A stretch of DNA of 64,000 nt. It comes from Eubacteriales bacterium (GTDB taxonomy: Bacteria > Bacillota > Clostridia > Oscillospirales > CAG-272). The stretch spans positions 230 through 64,229 of the forward strand of contig JBGVPV010000049.1 of assembly GCA_045127215.1 (NCBI GenBank), given 5' to 3'. How positions within the stretch are numbered: position 1 is the stretch's first letter; every line of letters starts with the position of its first letter. The position numbers were made by a program, and so were the translations under genes. Below are positions 45,243 through 52,978 of this stretch, in pieces. Below the pieces are notes generated by a model, which saw only the letters and a program-made list of their open reading frames with translations, made no database searches and had not been told where the DNA came from.

Positions 45243-46679
45243 TTAAATGTTGTTATACATTTCAATATATTTGATTGCCGAGCTCTTCCAGGAGAAGTCG
45301 GTTCTCATGATTTTTCCGATAAGCTTGTTTCTTATCTCGACGTCGTTCCATACGCCGATAGCTGCCTGAGTTCTCTCTTTGAGCTCCCAGGGGCTGTAAT
45401 TTGCGAATGTAAAGCCATTGCCCTTGATAGTGCCGTTATCATTCCAATATCCCTTAATGGAGTCGTAAAGACCGCCTGTCTCACGGGTTACGGGAATTGC
45501 GCCGTATCTTGACGCGATCATCTGAGAGAGTCCGCAAGGCTCGCTCTTTGACGGCATCATAAAGATGTCAGACGCCGCATAGATACGCTTGGCAAGATCT
45601 CTGTCATAAGTGATAAGCGCTCTTACTCTGTCGGGGAAATTTGCCTGCAAGTCGCAGAAAAACTTCTCGTAAGCCGCCTCGCCCTTACCGAGAACCACTA
45701 TCTGACAGTTGCTCTCGTACATAAGAGAGTACATCATCTCGGAGATTATATCAAGTCCCTTGTGAGACGCAAGTCTTGAAACTATGGATATCAGGGGCAC
45801 GTCGTTAGTTTCGGGAAGTCCGATCTCTCTCTGAAGTGCCGCCTTGTTTTCATACTTGCCGCCAAGAGAGCGCCAGCTGAACGTCTTTGCGATACTCGTA
45901 TCCTTGGAGGGATTGTAGTAAACGTAGTCTATTCCGTTAAGAATACCCGAAAGCTTATACGCGTTCTCGTTGAGTATCGCCGAAAGTCCGTGCGAATGCT
46001 CTTCTCCGCGTATCTCCTCAGCGTATCTCGGGCTTACGGTGGTAACCTTATCAGCGCAAACTATCGCGCCCTTCATAAGATTTATACAGCCGTCCCATTC
46101 AACCGTATCTCTCCACCAATCAAGCTCAAAGAGATCGGCAAGTATCGCCAGATCGTATTTGCCCTGGTACTCAATATTATGTATGGTGAATACCGTATCT
46201 ATTCCGGTGTATCCGGGGCGGTTATTATATTTACACTTAAGATATATTACACTCAGAGCCGCCTGCCAATCGTGTGCATGCACGATATCGGGATGATAAC
46301 CGATCTTATCAAGCATCTCCAGAGCCGCCTTTGAGAAGAAAGCAAATCTCTCTCCGTCGTCAAAGCAACCGTAGAGCATATCGCGCTTGAAATAATATTC
46401 GTTATCGATAAAGTAATATGTCACTCCATCACGGCGCAGGCTCTTGACTCCGCAGTACTGACGACGCCACGCGATAGAAATATCAAACTCCGCCTCGGTC
46501 TTCATCATATCTCTGTACTGCTGTGAAACCGCACTGTAAAGCGGCATTACCACTCTTACGTCAACGTCCTCGCCGCCTGCCGCCGCGATCGCCGCAGGAA
46601 GAGAACCCATAACGTCGCCCAGACCGCCCGTTGCGGCAAAGGGCATGGATTCAGCGCCTACAAATAATATCTTCTTCAT
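45243..46679 (-). CDS. glgA: Glycogen synthase GlgA (GT5)
   Basis: 478 aa. N-terminus KILFVGAESMPFAATGGLGDV, and the C-terminal block SEPCGLSQM. Confidence 0.95.
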   Translation of the reverse strand: MKKILFVGAESMPFAATGGLGDVMGSLPAAIAAAGGEDVDVRVVMPLYSAVSQQYRDMMKTEAEFDISIAWRRQYCGVKSLRRDGVTYYFIDNEYYFKRDMLYGCFDDGERFAFFSKAALEMLDKIGYHPDIVHAHDWQAALSVIYLKCKYNNRPGYTGIDTVFTIHNIEYQGKYDLAILADLFELDWWRDTVEWDGCINLMKGAIVCADKVTTVSPRYAEEIRGEEHSHGLSAILNENAYKLSGILNGIDYVYYNPSKDTSIAKTFSWRSLGGKYENKAALQREIGLPETNDVPLISIVSRLASHKGLDIISEMMYSLMYESNCQIVVLGKGEAAYEKFFCDLQANFPDRVRALITYDRDLAKRIYAASDIFMMPSKSEPCGLSQMIASRYGAIPVTRETGGLYDSIKGYWNDNGTIKGNGFTFANYSPWELKERTQAAIGVWNDVEIRNKLIGKIMRTDFSWKSSAIKYIEMYNNI

Positions 46680-46724
46680 TTTTGTTTCTCCTTTTTAAAG
46701 AGTGTGTGTGTCTCAGAGCTTTCG

Positions 46725-47852
46725 TCAGATTATAGTTGCCTTGGGAATATAGAAAGGCATAGTGGTATGTCCCGAAAGAACTCTGTCGTCACAAATAGTA
46801 ACGTTCTTATCCGCGATAACGCAGTTAAGGCTTACGTTGTTGCCCGTAAAGGTATCCTGCATAAGAATACAATTCTTAACGACAGTTCCCTTTCCTACTC
46901 TTACGCCTCTGAAAAGAATACAGTTCTCAACCGTACCCTCAATGATACAGCCGTCCGCAACAAAGGAATTGGTTACCTTTGCCTCAGTGGTATATCTCGT
47001 AGGAGCAGAGTTACGAAGCTTTGTGTATATGGGGCTGTCATTCTTGAAGAGCTGGCTGCGAACGCCGGGCTCGAGAAGCTTCATAGAGCTTGTAAAGTAG
47101 CTCTCAAGCGAATCGATAGTTATAAAGGTATCCTCGTAGAGATATCTGAAAAATCTTGCCTTGCCGATACGTCTTACAACGATGTCCTTAAAGAAGTGGC
47201 GGTAGCCGTGAGCAGCCGCGTCACGGATAGCGCTGAGCAGGAACATTCTGCTGACTACAACGATATTGGTGCTGATCTCAGGTACGGAGATATCCTTGAT
47301 ATATGCGGAAGCCTCGTTAATAACACCGTTCTCGTCGCAACGGATAGCCGTTGCATCCTTTATATCGGTATCAGCCTCACCGAGCTTTCTGGTTACGATA
47401 GTCATATCCGCGTTGTTTGCGATATGAGCGTCTATAACGTCGGAAAGATTAATGTTGCAGATACCGTCGCAGTCGGAAAGAACTATGTAGTCCTCGTTAC
47501 AGCGAGAGATAAAGTTGGTTACTCCCATAAGTGCTTCAAGACGTGTGGAGTAAAGCTTCGAGCCTGTGTTTTCATACGCCGTGATAAAGGGAGGAAGTAT
47601 CTTGATGCCTCCGGAGCGTCTTGCAAGATCCCAGTCCTTACCCGTACCGATATGGTCCATAAGAGACTGATAATTGTTATGTGTAATTATTCCAACCTTG
47701 GTAATACCGGAGTTTACCATATTGGAAAGCGGAAAGTCAATAAGTCTGTAACGGCAGCCAAAGGGTATTGACGCCATAGTTCTCATGCTTGTAAGCTCGG
47801 GGATCGCCGAATCATGTATATTGGAAAATATAAGACCTGCTACTGTTGCCAT
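46725..47852 (-). CDS. glgD: Glucose-1-phosphate adenylyltransferase regulatory subunit GlgD
   Basis: 375 aa paralogous to GlgC but lacking the GGxGxRL loop. It lies immediately downstream of glgC. Confidence 0.88.
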   Translation of the reverse strand: MATVAGLIFSNIHDSAIPELTSMRTMASIPFGCRYRLIDFPLSNMVNSGITKVGIITHNNYQSLMDHIGTGKDWDLARRSGGIKILPPFITAYENTGSKLYSTRLEALMGVTNFISRCNEDYIVLSDCDGICNINLSDVIDAHIANNADMTIVTRKLGEADTDIKDATAIRCDENGVINEASAYIKDISVPEISTNIVVVSRMFLLSAIRDAAAHGYRHFFKDIVVRRIGKARFFRYLYEDTFITIDSLESYFTSSMKLLEPGVRSQLFKNDSPIYTKLRNSAPTRYTTEAKVTNSFVADGCIIEGTVENCILFRGVRVGKGTVVKNCILMQDTFTGNNVSLNCVIADKNVTICDDRVLSGHTTMPFYIPKATII

Positions 47853-47853
47853 A

Positions 47854-49062
47854 TCAGTTACCCTCCTTGTTAAGATCTACTTCTTTTGCAATCATCGCGC
47901 CATCTGCAACTACGGTATTTGCGGGTACGCAGATATCCGCGCCAATAACGCAAACGTCCTTTGCACTCTGCTTATCAGCTCCTACTCGGGAGTTCTCACC
48001 GATAGTAGTTCCGCTGTCAATGATAGAGTAATTTACGACCGCGCCGCTCTTGATAACAACGCTGTCAAGGATTACGGAGTCAAGCACGGTTGCGCCCTTC
48101 TCAACGATAACTCCTGAACCGATAACCGAGTTACGAACTGTTCCGTATATCTCACAGCCCTCGGTAATGGTGCTGTTGTCCACAACTGCGCCATCTGCCA
48201 CGAACTGAGGTGAGTGCGCCTCGTGTCTTGAATATATTCTCCACTCCTCATCGTTGAGGTCAAGCACGGGAGTCTCGCCAAGGAGATCCATATTTGCCTC
48301 CCACAAGGAAGCGATAGTTCCAACGTCCTTCCAGTATCCTGCGAAGGGGTATGCCATCATCTTCTCGCCTGCGGCAAGCATTGTGGGAATGATATTCTTA
48401 CCAAAGTCATTAGAGCTCTTGGGGTCTTCCGCGTCAGCTATGAGGTACTTCTCAAGCACGCTCTTTGTAAATACGTAAATACCCATAGATGCCTTAGTGC
48501 TGTCGGGATGCTTGGGCTTCTCCTCGAACTTGAAGATCCTGCCGTCCTCATCGGTGCTCATTATTCCAAATCTGCTTGCTTCCTCGATAGAAACGTCGAT
48601 AACCGCGATAGTGCAGTCAGCTCCCGTCTTCTTATGGAATTTAAGCATCTTAGCATAATCCATCTTGTAGATATGGTCACCCGAGAGAATAACTACGTAC
48701 TCGGGATCGTATCTGTTTATGAACTGCAAATTCTGATAAATAGCATTTGCCGTTCCCTTGTACCAGTCAGCACCGTTCTTGCCCTGATAAGGGGGGAGTA
48801 TCTTTACACCGCCCCAGGATCTGTCAAGATCCCAAGGAAGACCTGTGCCTATGTAGTCGTTGAGCATCAAGGGCTGATACTGTGTAAGCACGCCTACCGT
48901 ATCAATTCCTGAGTTCACGCAATTGGAAAGCGGGAAATCGATAATTCTGTATTTTCCTCCGAAGGGTACCGCGGGTTTTGCATTTTTTTCTGTGAGCGCG
49001 TACAAGCGGCTTCCCTGTCCGCCTGCAAGCAGCATGGCAACGCATTCTTTGTTCCTGAACAT
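47854..49062 (-). CDS. glgC: Glucose-1-phosphate adenylyltransferase GlgC
   Basis: [20 protein letters not shown] and a left-handed beta-helix C-terminus. The ATG at 49062 has GGAGG 5 nt upstream. Confidence 0.95.
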   Translation of the reverse strand: MFRNKECVAMLLAGGQGSRLYALTEKNAKPAVPFGGKYRIIDFPLSNCVNSGIDTVGVLTQYQPLMLNDYIGTGLPWDLDRSWGGVKILPPYQGKNGADWYKGTANAIYQNLQFINRYDPEYVVILSGDHIYKMDYAKMLKFHKKTGADCTIAVIDVSIEEASRFGIMSTDEDGRIFKFEEKPKHPDSTKASMGIYVFTKSVLEKYLIADAEDPKSSNDFGKNIIPTMLAAGEKMMAYPFAGYWKDVGTIASLWEANMDLLGETPVLDLNDEEWRIYSRHEAHSPQFVADGAVVDNSTITEGCEIYGTVRNSVIGSGVIVEKGATVLDSVILDSVVIKSGAVVNYSIIDSGTTIGENSRVGADKQSAKDVCVIGADICVPANTVVADGAMIAKEVDLNKEGN

Positions 49063-49120
49063 AATATCCTCCATTTGTTTTTTTGAAAAAATTTATATTT
49101 TATTTTTATTTTTTCTAAGT

Positions 49121-50254
49121 TTAAATCGTCTTAGAAATATATCTCTGACCAAGCTCGGCAACGTATTTCTGAAGCTCGGCGTGAGCGCGGTCTTCAAGCA
49201 ACGACCAATCGACCGACGTATCAACTGCGTCTGCCTGACCTATCTCCGAACCCATAACGATAAGCTTTTTGCACGTGGATGCCATAAAAGCTTCAAACGC
49301 AGAACGCATATCCTCAAGACTCACATTGAAGCCTTGAACGAATGCATCGCACGCGCAGATCGTCAACGCCTGTCCATCTTGAATACCACCCACAATTTTG
49401 CGATCGGACACGAGTATTGCATCCGGAAATTTCTGTGCAAGTCCATCCCAAAGGCGCTCGGCAAGCGTCGGATCAGCAATACACAGTCCGTCGGCGTGGT
49501 ATCTATCAAGCCAAAAGGCGCAGGCATCAGCGTAATAAGCAAGCTCATCATCGCAAGGCGACAGTGCTTTTTGATCTTTGGTCGGAAGCTCGAAAATAAC
49601 TCCAACTCCCGCCTCGTGCATTGAGTCCACGAACGCCGCAAGCTCCGACGGATGTCCGCCAAAGGTGCGCGCGGCAAAATACGAGGTATTTTCACCGTCG
49701 CTCACAAGAAAAGACGCAAGCTGAACGTGGGTACATCCAAGCTGCTTTACGTAAGGCGCGAGCTCGCACGCAAGAGTACGGTATGAAAACCGTGATCCGC
49801 TATCAGCGCACATCCATTTATCAGCAGTAATTTTATATATACTCAAGGGCTTTGAACAAAGCTCCTTTTTGTATTGCTCTCTGTATTCGAGCCAGGTAGC
49901 ATCGCGCCACTCGTATGACTCTGTGTTGCAGATCACCGAGGCGTAAGCGCCGCTTTCCTCGCTGTGCGTCTCATAAGGGTCAGCCATAAAAATCTCTTCG
50001 CCATCCTTGGCGACTACACGGTATTTATATTTACAACCCTCAAAAAGCAAGTCGCGGCTTGTCTGACACTCCCAGACCCCGTCGCTCAACCTCTCAAGCT
50101 GAATGCCCTCTTGCCAAGCGCAAAAGTCACCTGTGAGAAACACCTTGTCCGCGTCGCGTACACGCACACGGGCAACCGCACGATCCCCCAAAAAGTGAAC
50201 GCCGAAATATCCGTATCCCTCAAAGCTCACGTAAGATGAGTCATCGATATTCAT
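49121..50254 (-). CDS. Truncated, catalytically degenerate GlgB-like protein (CBM48-like N-terminus plus a remnant GH13 barrel)
   Basis: 377 aa against roughly 630-730 aa for characterised GlgB. It occupies the position of glgB in the operon. CBM48-like blocks are retained but the GH13 signatures are altered (see finding). RBS AAAGGAGAA. Confidence 0.7.
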   Translation of the reverse strand: MNIDDSSYVSFEGYGYFGVHFLGDRAVARVRVRDADKVFLTGDFCAWQEGIQLERLSDGVWECQTSRDLLFEGCKYKYRVVAKDGEEIFMADPYETHSEESGAYASVICNTESYEWRDATWLEYREQYKKELCSKPLSIYKITADKWMCADSGSRFSYRTLACELAPYVKQLGCTHVQLASFLVSDGENTSYFAARTFGGHPSELAAFVDSMHEAGVGVIFELPTKDQKALSPCDDELAYYADACAFWLDRYHADGLCIADPTLAERLWDGLAQKFPDAILVSDRKIVGGIQDGQALTICACDAFVQGFNVSLEDMRSAFEAFMASTCKKLIVMGSEIGQADAVDTSVDWSLLEDRAHAELQKYVAELGQRYISKTI

Positions 50255-50270
50255 AGGCGTTCTCCTTTCA

Positions 50271-50573
50271 TCAGTTAAGCTCGGTGTGATAAATTATCTC
50301 GTCCGGGAAACACATTCCGAGCTTTTCACGGGCAATACGTATTTTAAAAGCATCATCAAGCGGGGCGTCAACGAGGTACTCAAGTCTATCGATGTTATCG
50401 TTGAGCTTGAGTATGTATTCTTGCTTTTGCTGCATCTGCCGCTTAAGCTCGTTATATCTCATCACGCTCCAAAGGAAAAAGACCACGGCAAAAACAAGTA
50501 AGAGTATCAAAAATATACGAATTATACGCGACATGGGCGACTTATTATCCGCAAAGTATTTTTTTGCCGTCAT
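50271..50573 (-). CDS. divIC: Septum formation initiator DivIC/FtsB family protein
   Basis: 100 aa with an N-terminal TM followed by a coiled coil (LKRQMQQKQEYILKLNDNIDRLE). It follows yabP-yabQ as in Bacillus. Confidence 0.85.
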   Translation of the reverse strand: MTAKKYFADNKSPMSRIIRIFLILLLVFAVVFFLWSVMRYNELKRQMQQKQEYILKLNDNIDRLEYLVDAPLDDAFKIRIAREKLGMCFPDEIIYHTELN

Positions 50574-51100
50574 TTTTTCCTCCCGATAGTTTTTTTGTCA
50601 TTTTTTAATATGAAGCCGTACCTAGCCCATTTTAATATAATAATATTATTATATATATTATACAACATATACTTACATTTTTCAAGAGATTTACGAATAT
50701 AAAATTGACAAATTTTAATGCTTTTTGTGATTTTTTTCAACAAAAATACGCACGGAATGCCCAAAAGTCTCAAAACGCGTAAAACCGCACCCATAAACGC
50801 GGAAAATATCAGCCTTACAAGACGTGAAAAAACAGCACGGTATATCAAAAATCCAACCGTCGCTCCCAAAAAATCAAAGAAACGTATCCTGCCCTTATCA
50901 AAGTAAAAGCTCAGCACGATTATACCGCAAAACGCCACGCCGACACAGCACAGGTCTGTAACAAAGCGAAGAACGCCACGCACGTGCTTCGGAAGGCGAC
51001 GGCAAAGCTCGGCCGAGACGTCCGCAAGCACTCCCACAGCCGCGCCGAGCGCGGCGCAATAAAGCGCGAGAAGCGCTTGCGCTGTCGGGTATATCTCCAT
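50570..51100 (-). CDS. yabQ: Spore cortex biosynthesis protein YabQ
   Basis: 176 aa membrane protein (TAQALLALYCAALGAAVGVL...). It sits in yabP-yabQ-divIC synteny, with an ATGA overlap with divIC and a TGATG overlap with yabP. Confidence 0.8.
   Translation of the reverse strand: MEIYPTAQALLALYCAALGAAVGVLADVSAELCRRLPKHVRGVLRFVTDLCCVGVAFCGIIVLSFYFDKGRIRFFDFLGATVGFLIYRAVFSRLVRLIFSAFMGAVLRVLRLLGIPCVFLLKKITKSIKICQFYIRKSLEKCKYMLYNIYNNIIILKWARYGFILKNDKKTIGRKK
50657..50685 (-). promoter_or_regulatory. Candidate internal SigA promoter for divIC inside the yabQ 3' region
   Basis: Minus strand: TTGAAA (50680..50685), 17 nt, TATAAT (50657..50662). Confidence 0.4.
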
Positions 51101-51366
51101 CAGCCGAACAGCCTCCTGTGAAGCTTTCTCCCCTTATCCTGCTTACCGTCCGAATAGGCAATAGCGTTTATCCTTCCCGTTATTTCTATGTCTCCGCTGC
51201 GCTTGTCAAGCCCCTCGATACGAATATTTTCTCCTTCGACAAACACCTCTCCGTCCTCGCATATAATATGCGCGCCATCCTCGTCAAAGCTTACCACCTC
51301 AATCACCTCGCACATACTTATCCGCGCTCTTTTATACACGCAAAGCGTCATTTTTTCTTCAGACAT
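51100..51366 (-). CDS. yabP: Sporulation protein YabP
   Basis: 88 aa from the ATG at 51366, with GGAGG 6 nt upstream. The YabP-like beta-rich sequence includes ENIRIEGLDKRSGDIEITGRINAI. Confidence 0.85.
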   Translation of the reverse strand: MSEEKMTLCVYKRARISMCEVIEVVSFDEDGAHIICEDGEVFVEGENIRIEGLDKRSGDIEITGRINAIAYSDGKQDKGRKLHRRLFG

Positions 51367-51373
51367 AAAAAAC

Positions 51374-51408
51374 CTCCGCATATCATTCTCAATAGATGAT
51401 ATGCGGAG
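51374..51408 (-). terminator. 13-bp hairpin plus U-tract between yabO and yabP, containing the yabP SD
   Basis: Minus RNA: CUCCGCAUAUCAU-loop-AUGAUAUGCGGAG-GUUUUUU-AUG. The 3' arm contains GGAG of the RBS. Confidence 0.6.
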
Positions 51409-51428
51409 TGCTTATTCAATATTACGGC

Positions 51429-51674
51429 TTATTCCTCAATGATCTCGTACATATCAGAGGCTTCTGCCTTTGCCACGGTCTCCTTGACCAAAAGAACTCT
51501 GAGCTTGAGCGTGCGGTTGCCGAAGGTTATCTCCAGAATATCCCCGACCTTTACGTCGTACGACGCCTTGGCGCGTCTGCCGTTGACGGTTACGTGATCC
51601 GCGTCACACGCGTCGTTTGCAACCGTTCTTCTTTTGATTATTCGCGAGACCTTAAGATATTTATCAAGTCGCAT
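51429..51674 (-). CDS. yabO: S4-domain RNA-binding protein (YabO/Hsp15-like)
   Basis: 81 aa. MRLDKYLKVSRIIKRR S4 motif. Confidence 0.88.
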   Translation of the reverse strand: MRLDKYLKVSRIIKRRTVANDACDADHVTVNGRRAKASYDVKVGDILEITFGNRTLKLRVLLVKETVAKAEASDMYEIIEE

Positions 51675-51684
51675 ATTTCCTCCG

Positions 51685-51714
51685 TGAAAAAAGTCGGCGG
51701 TTGACCGCCGACTT
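51685..51714 (-). terminator. Intrinsic terminator of hup
   Basis: GTCGGCGG (51693..51700) pairs with CCGCCGAC (51705..51712), with a U6 run on the minus strand. Confidence 0.8.
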
Positions 51715-51728
51715 TGTATATAAGCTAA

Positions 51729-52001
51729 TTAGTTAACAGCCTTCTTGAATGCGCTACCAGCGGAGAATACGGGTCTCTTGGAAGCTGCGATCTCGATGGT
51801 CTCACCTGTTCTGGGGTTACGGCCCTGTCTTGCAGCGCTCTCCTTAACCTCAAAAGTACCAAAACCAATAAGCTGAACCTTGTCGCCAGCCTTGAGAGCC
51901 TCAGCAATTGCCTCAACTACTGCGTTAACAGCTGCCTCTGCGCCCTTCTTTGTGAGATCTGTCTTTGTTGCTACTACATCGATAAGTTGTGTCTTGTTCA
52001 T
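51729..52001 (-). CDS. hup: DNA-binding protein HU
   Basis: 90 aa from the ATG at 52001. MNKTQLID...[22 protein letters not shown]. Confidence 0.96.
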   Translation of the reverse strand: MNKTQLIDVVATKTDLTKKGAEAAVNAVVEAIAEALKAGDKVQLIGFGTFEVKESAARQGRNPRTGETIEIAASKRPVFSAGSAFKKAVN

Positions 52002-52070
52002 GATAAAATACACCTTTCTTTTATTTTTTCAGCGAAGGGTCACGTAACCCTTCATAATTTACGTATATGT

Positions 52071-52099
52071 ATTATACCATACTTTTTCAGTAATTACAA
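52071..52099 (-). promoter_or_regulatory. SigA-type promoter of hup
   Basis: Minus strand: TTGTAA (52094..52099), 17 nt, TGGTATAAT with -10 at 52071..52076. Confidence 0.55.
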
Positions 52100-52139
52100 G
52101 GGCTTTTTTGTTTTTTTCTCCAAATTTTTTCAAATTTTT

Positions 52140-52949
52140 TCAATTTTTATGTTTAATTTCATCCCAGATCTCGTCAAGCTCGGGCATAGACATATTATGA
52201 ATATCCAACCCCTTGGCGATAACCGCATTTTCAAGAGTTTCAAAACGCCCGATGAACTTATCCGTCGCTTTATTGAGCGCGACCTCGGACTCAACTCCAA
52301 GCTTGCGGCAAAGAGAGGTTATGGTGAGCAGAAGATCTCCCATCTCCTCCTCAATGGCATCCTTTTCCTCGCTCTCGATAGCACATCTGAGCTCCTCAAG
52401 CTCCTCATAGACCTTGACTGTCGCCTGCATCTCGTCCTCAAAATCAAAGCAAGATGCTTTTTTACCGACCTTCTCGGCTCTCATAAGTGCGGGAAGCATT
52501 GCGGGAACGGCGCGAAGCTTATCGGTGACAGTCACTCTCTGCTTCTCGTCGCTCTTTATCTGCTCCCAATTTTCAAGCACCTTCTCAGCGTCCTCGGCAA
52601 CCACGTCACCGAACACATGAGGGTGGCGGTGTATGAGCTTTACACATATATCGTTGGAGACGTCGTCAATATTAAACACTCCCGCCTCGGTTTCTATCTG
52701 CGCGTGGAATACTACCTGAAGCATAACGTCGCCAAGTTCCTCGCGCAAAAGCACGGGGTCGGACGTATCTATCGCCTCAATTACCTCGTAGGTCTCCTCG
52801 ATAAATCCCTTACGCAGACTCTTGTGGTCCTGTTCTCTGTCCCACGGACATCCAACGTCTGAGCGAAGCACCTCCACGACGGTAACGAGATCGTCAAAAT
52901 CATATCTTTTCTTTTCAAGCAACGCTTTGATCTTTTCCTGAGCGGTCAT
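52140..52949 (-). CDS. mazG: Nucleoside triphosphate pyrophosphohydrolase MazG
   Basis: 269 aa with tandem MazG domains (EETYEVIEAI; EEMGDLLL). Confidence 0.92.
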   Translation of the reverse strand: MTAQEKIKALLEKKRYDFDDLVTVVEVLRSDVGCPWDREQDHKSLRKGFIEETYEVIEAIDTSDPVLLREELGDVMLQVVFHAQIETEAGVFNIDDVSNDICVKLIHRHPHVFGDVVAEDAEKVLENWEQIKSDEKQRVTVTDKLRAVPAMLPALMRAEKVGKKASCFDFEDEMQATVKVYEELEELRCAIESEEKDAIEEEMGDLLLTITSLCRKLGVESEVALNKATDKFIGRFETLENAVIAKGLDIHNMSMPELDEIWDEIKHKN

Positions 52950-52978
52950 TTTTTATTCTCCTTGTTTTTTATAAAAAC

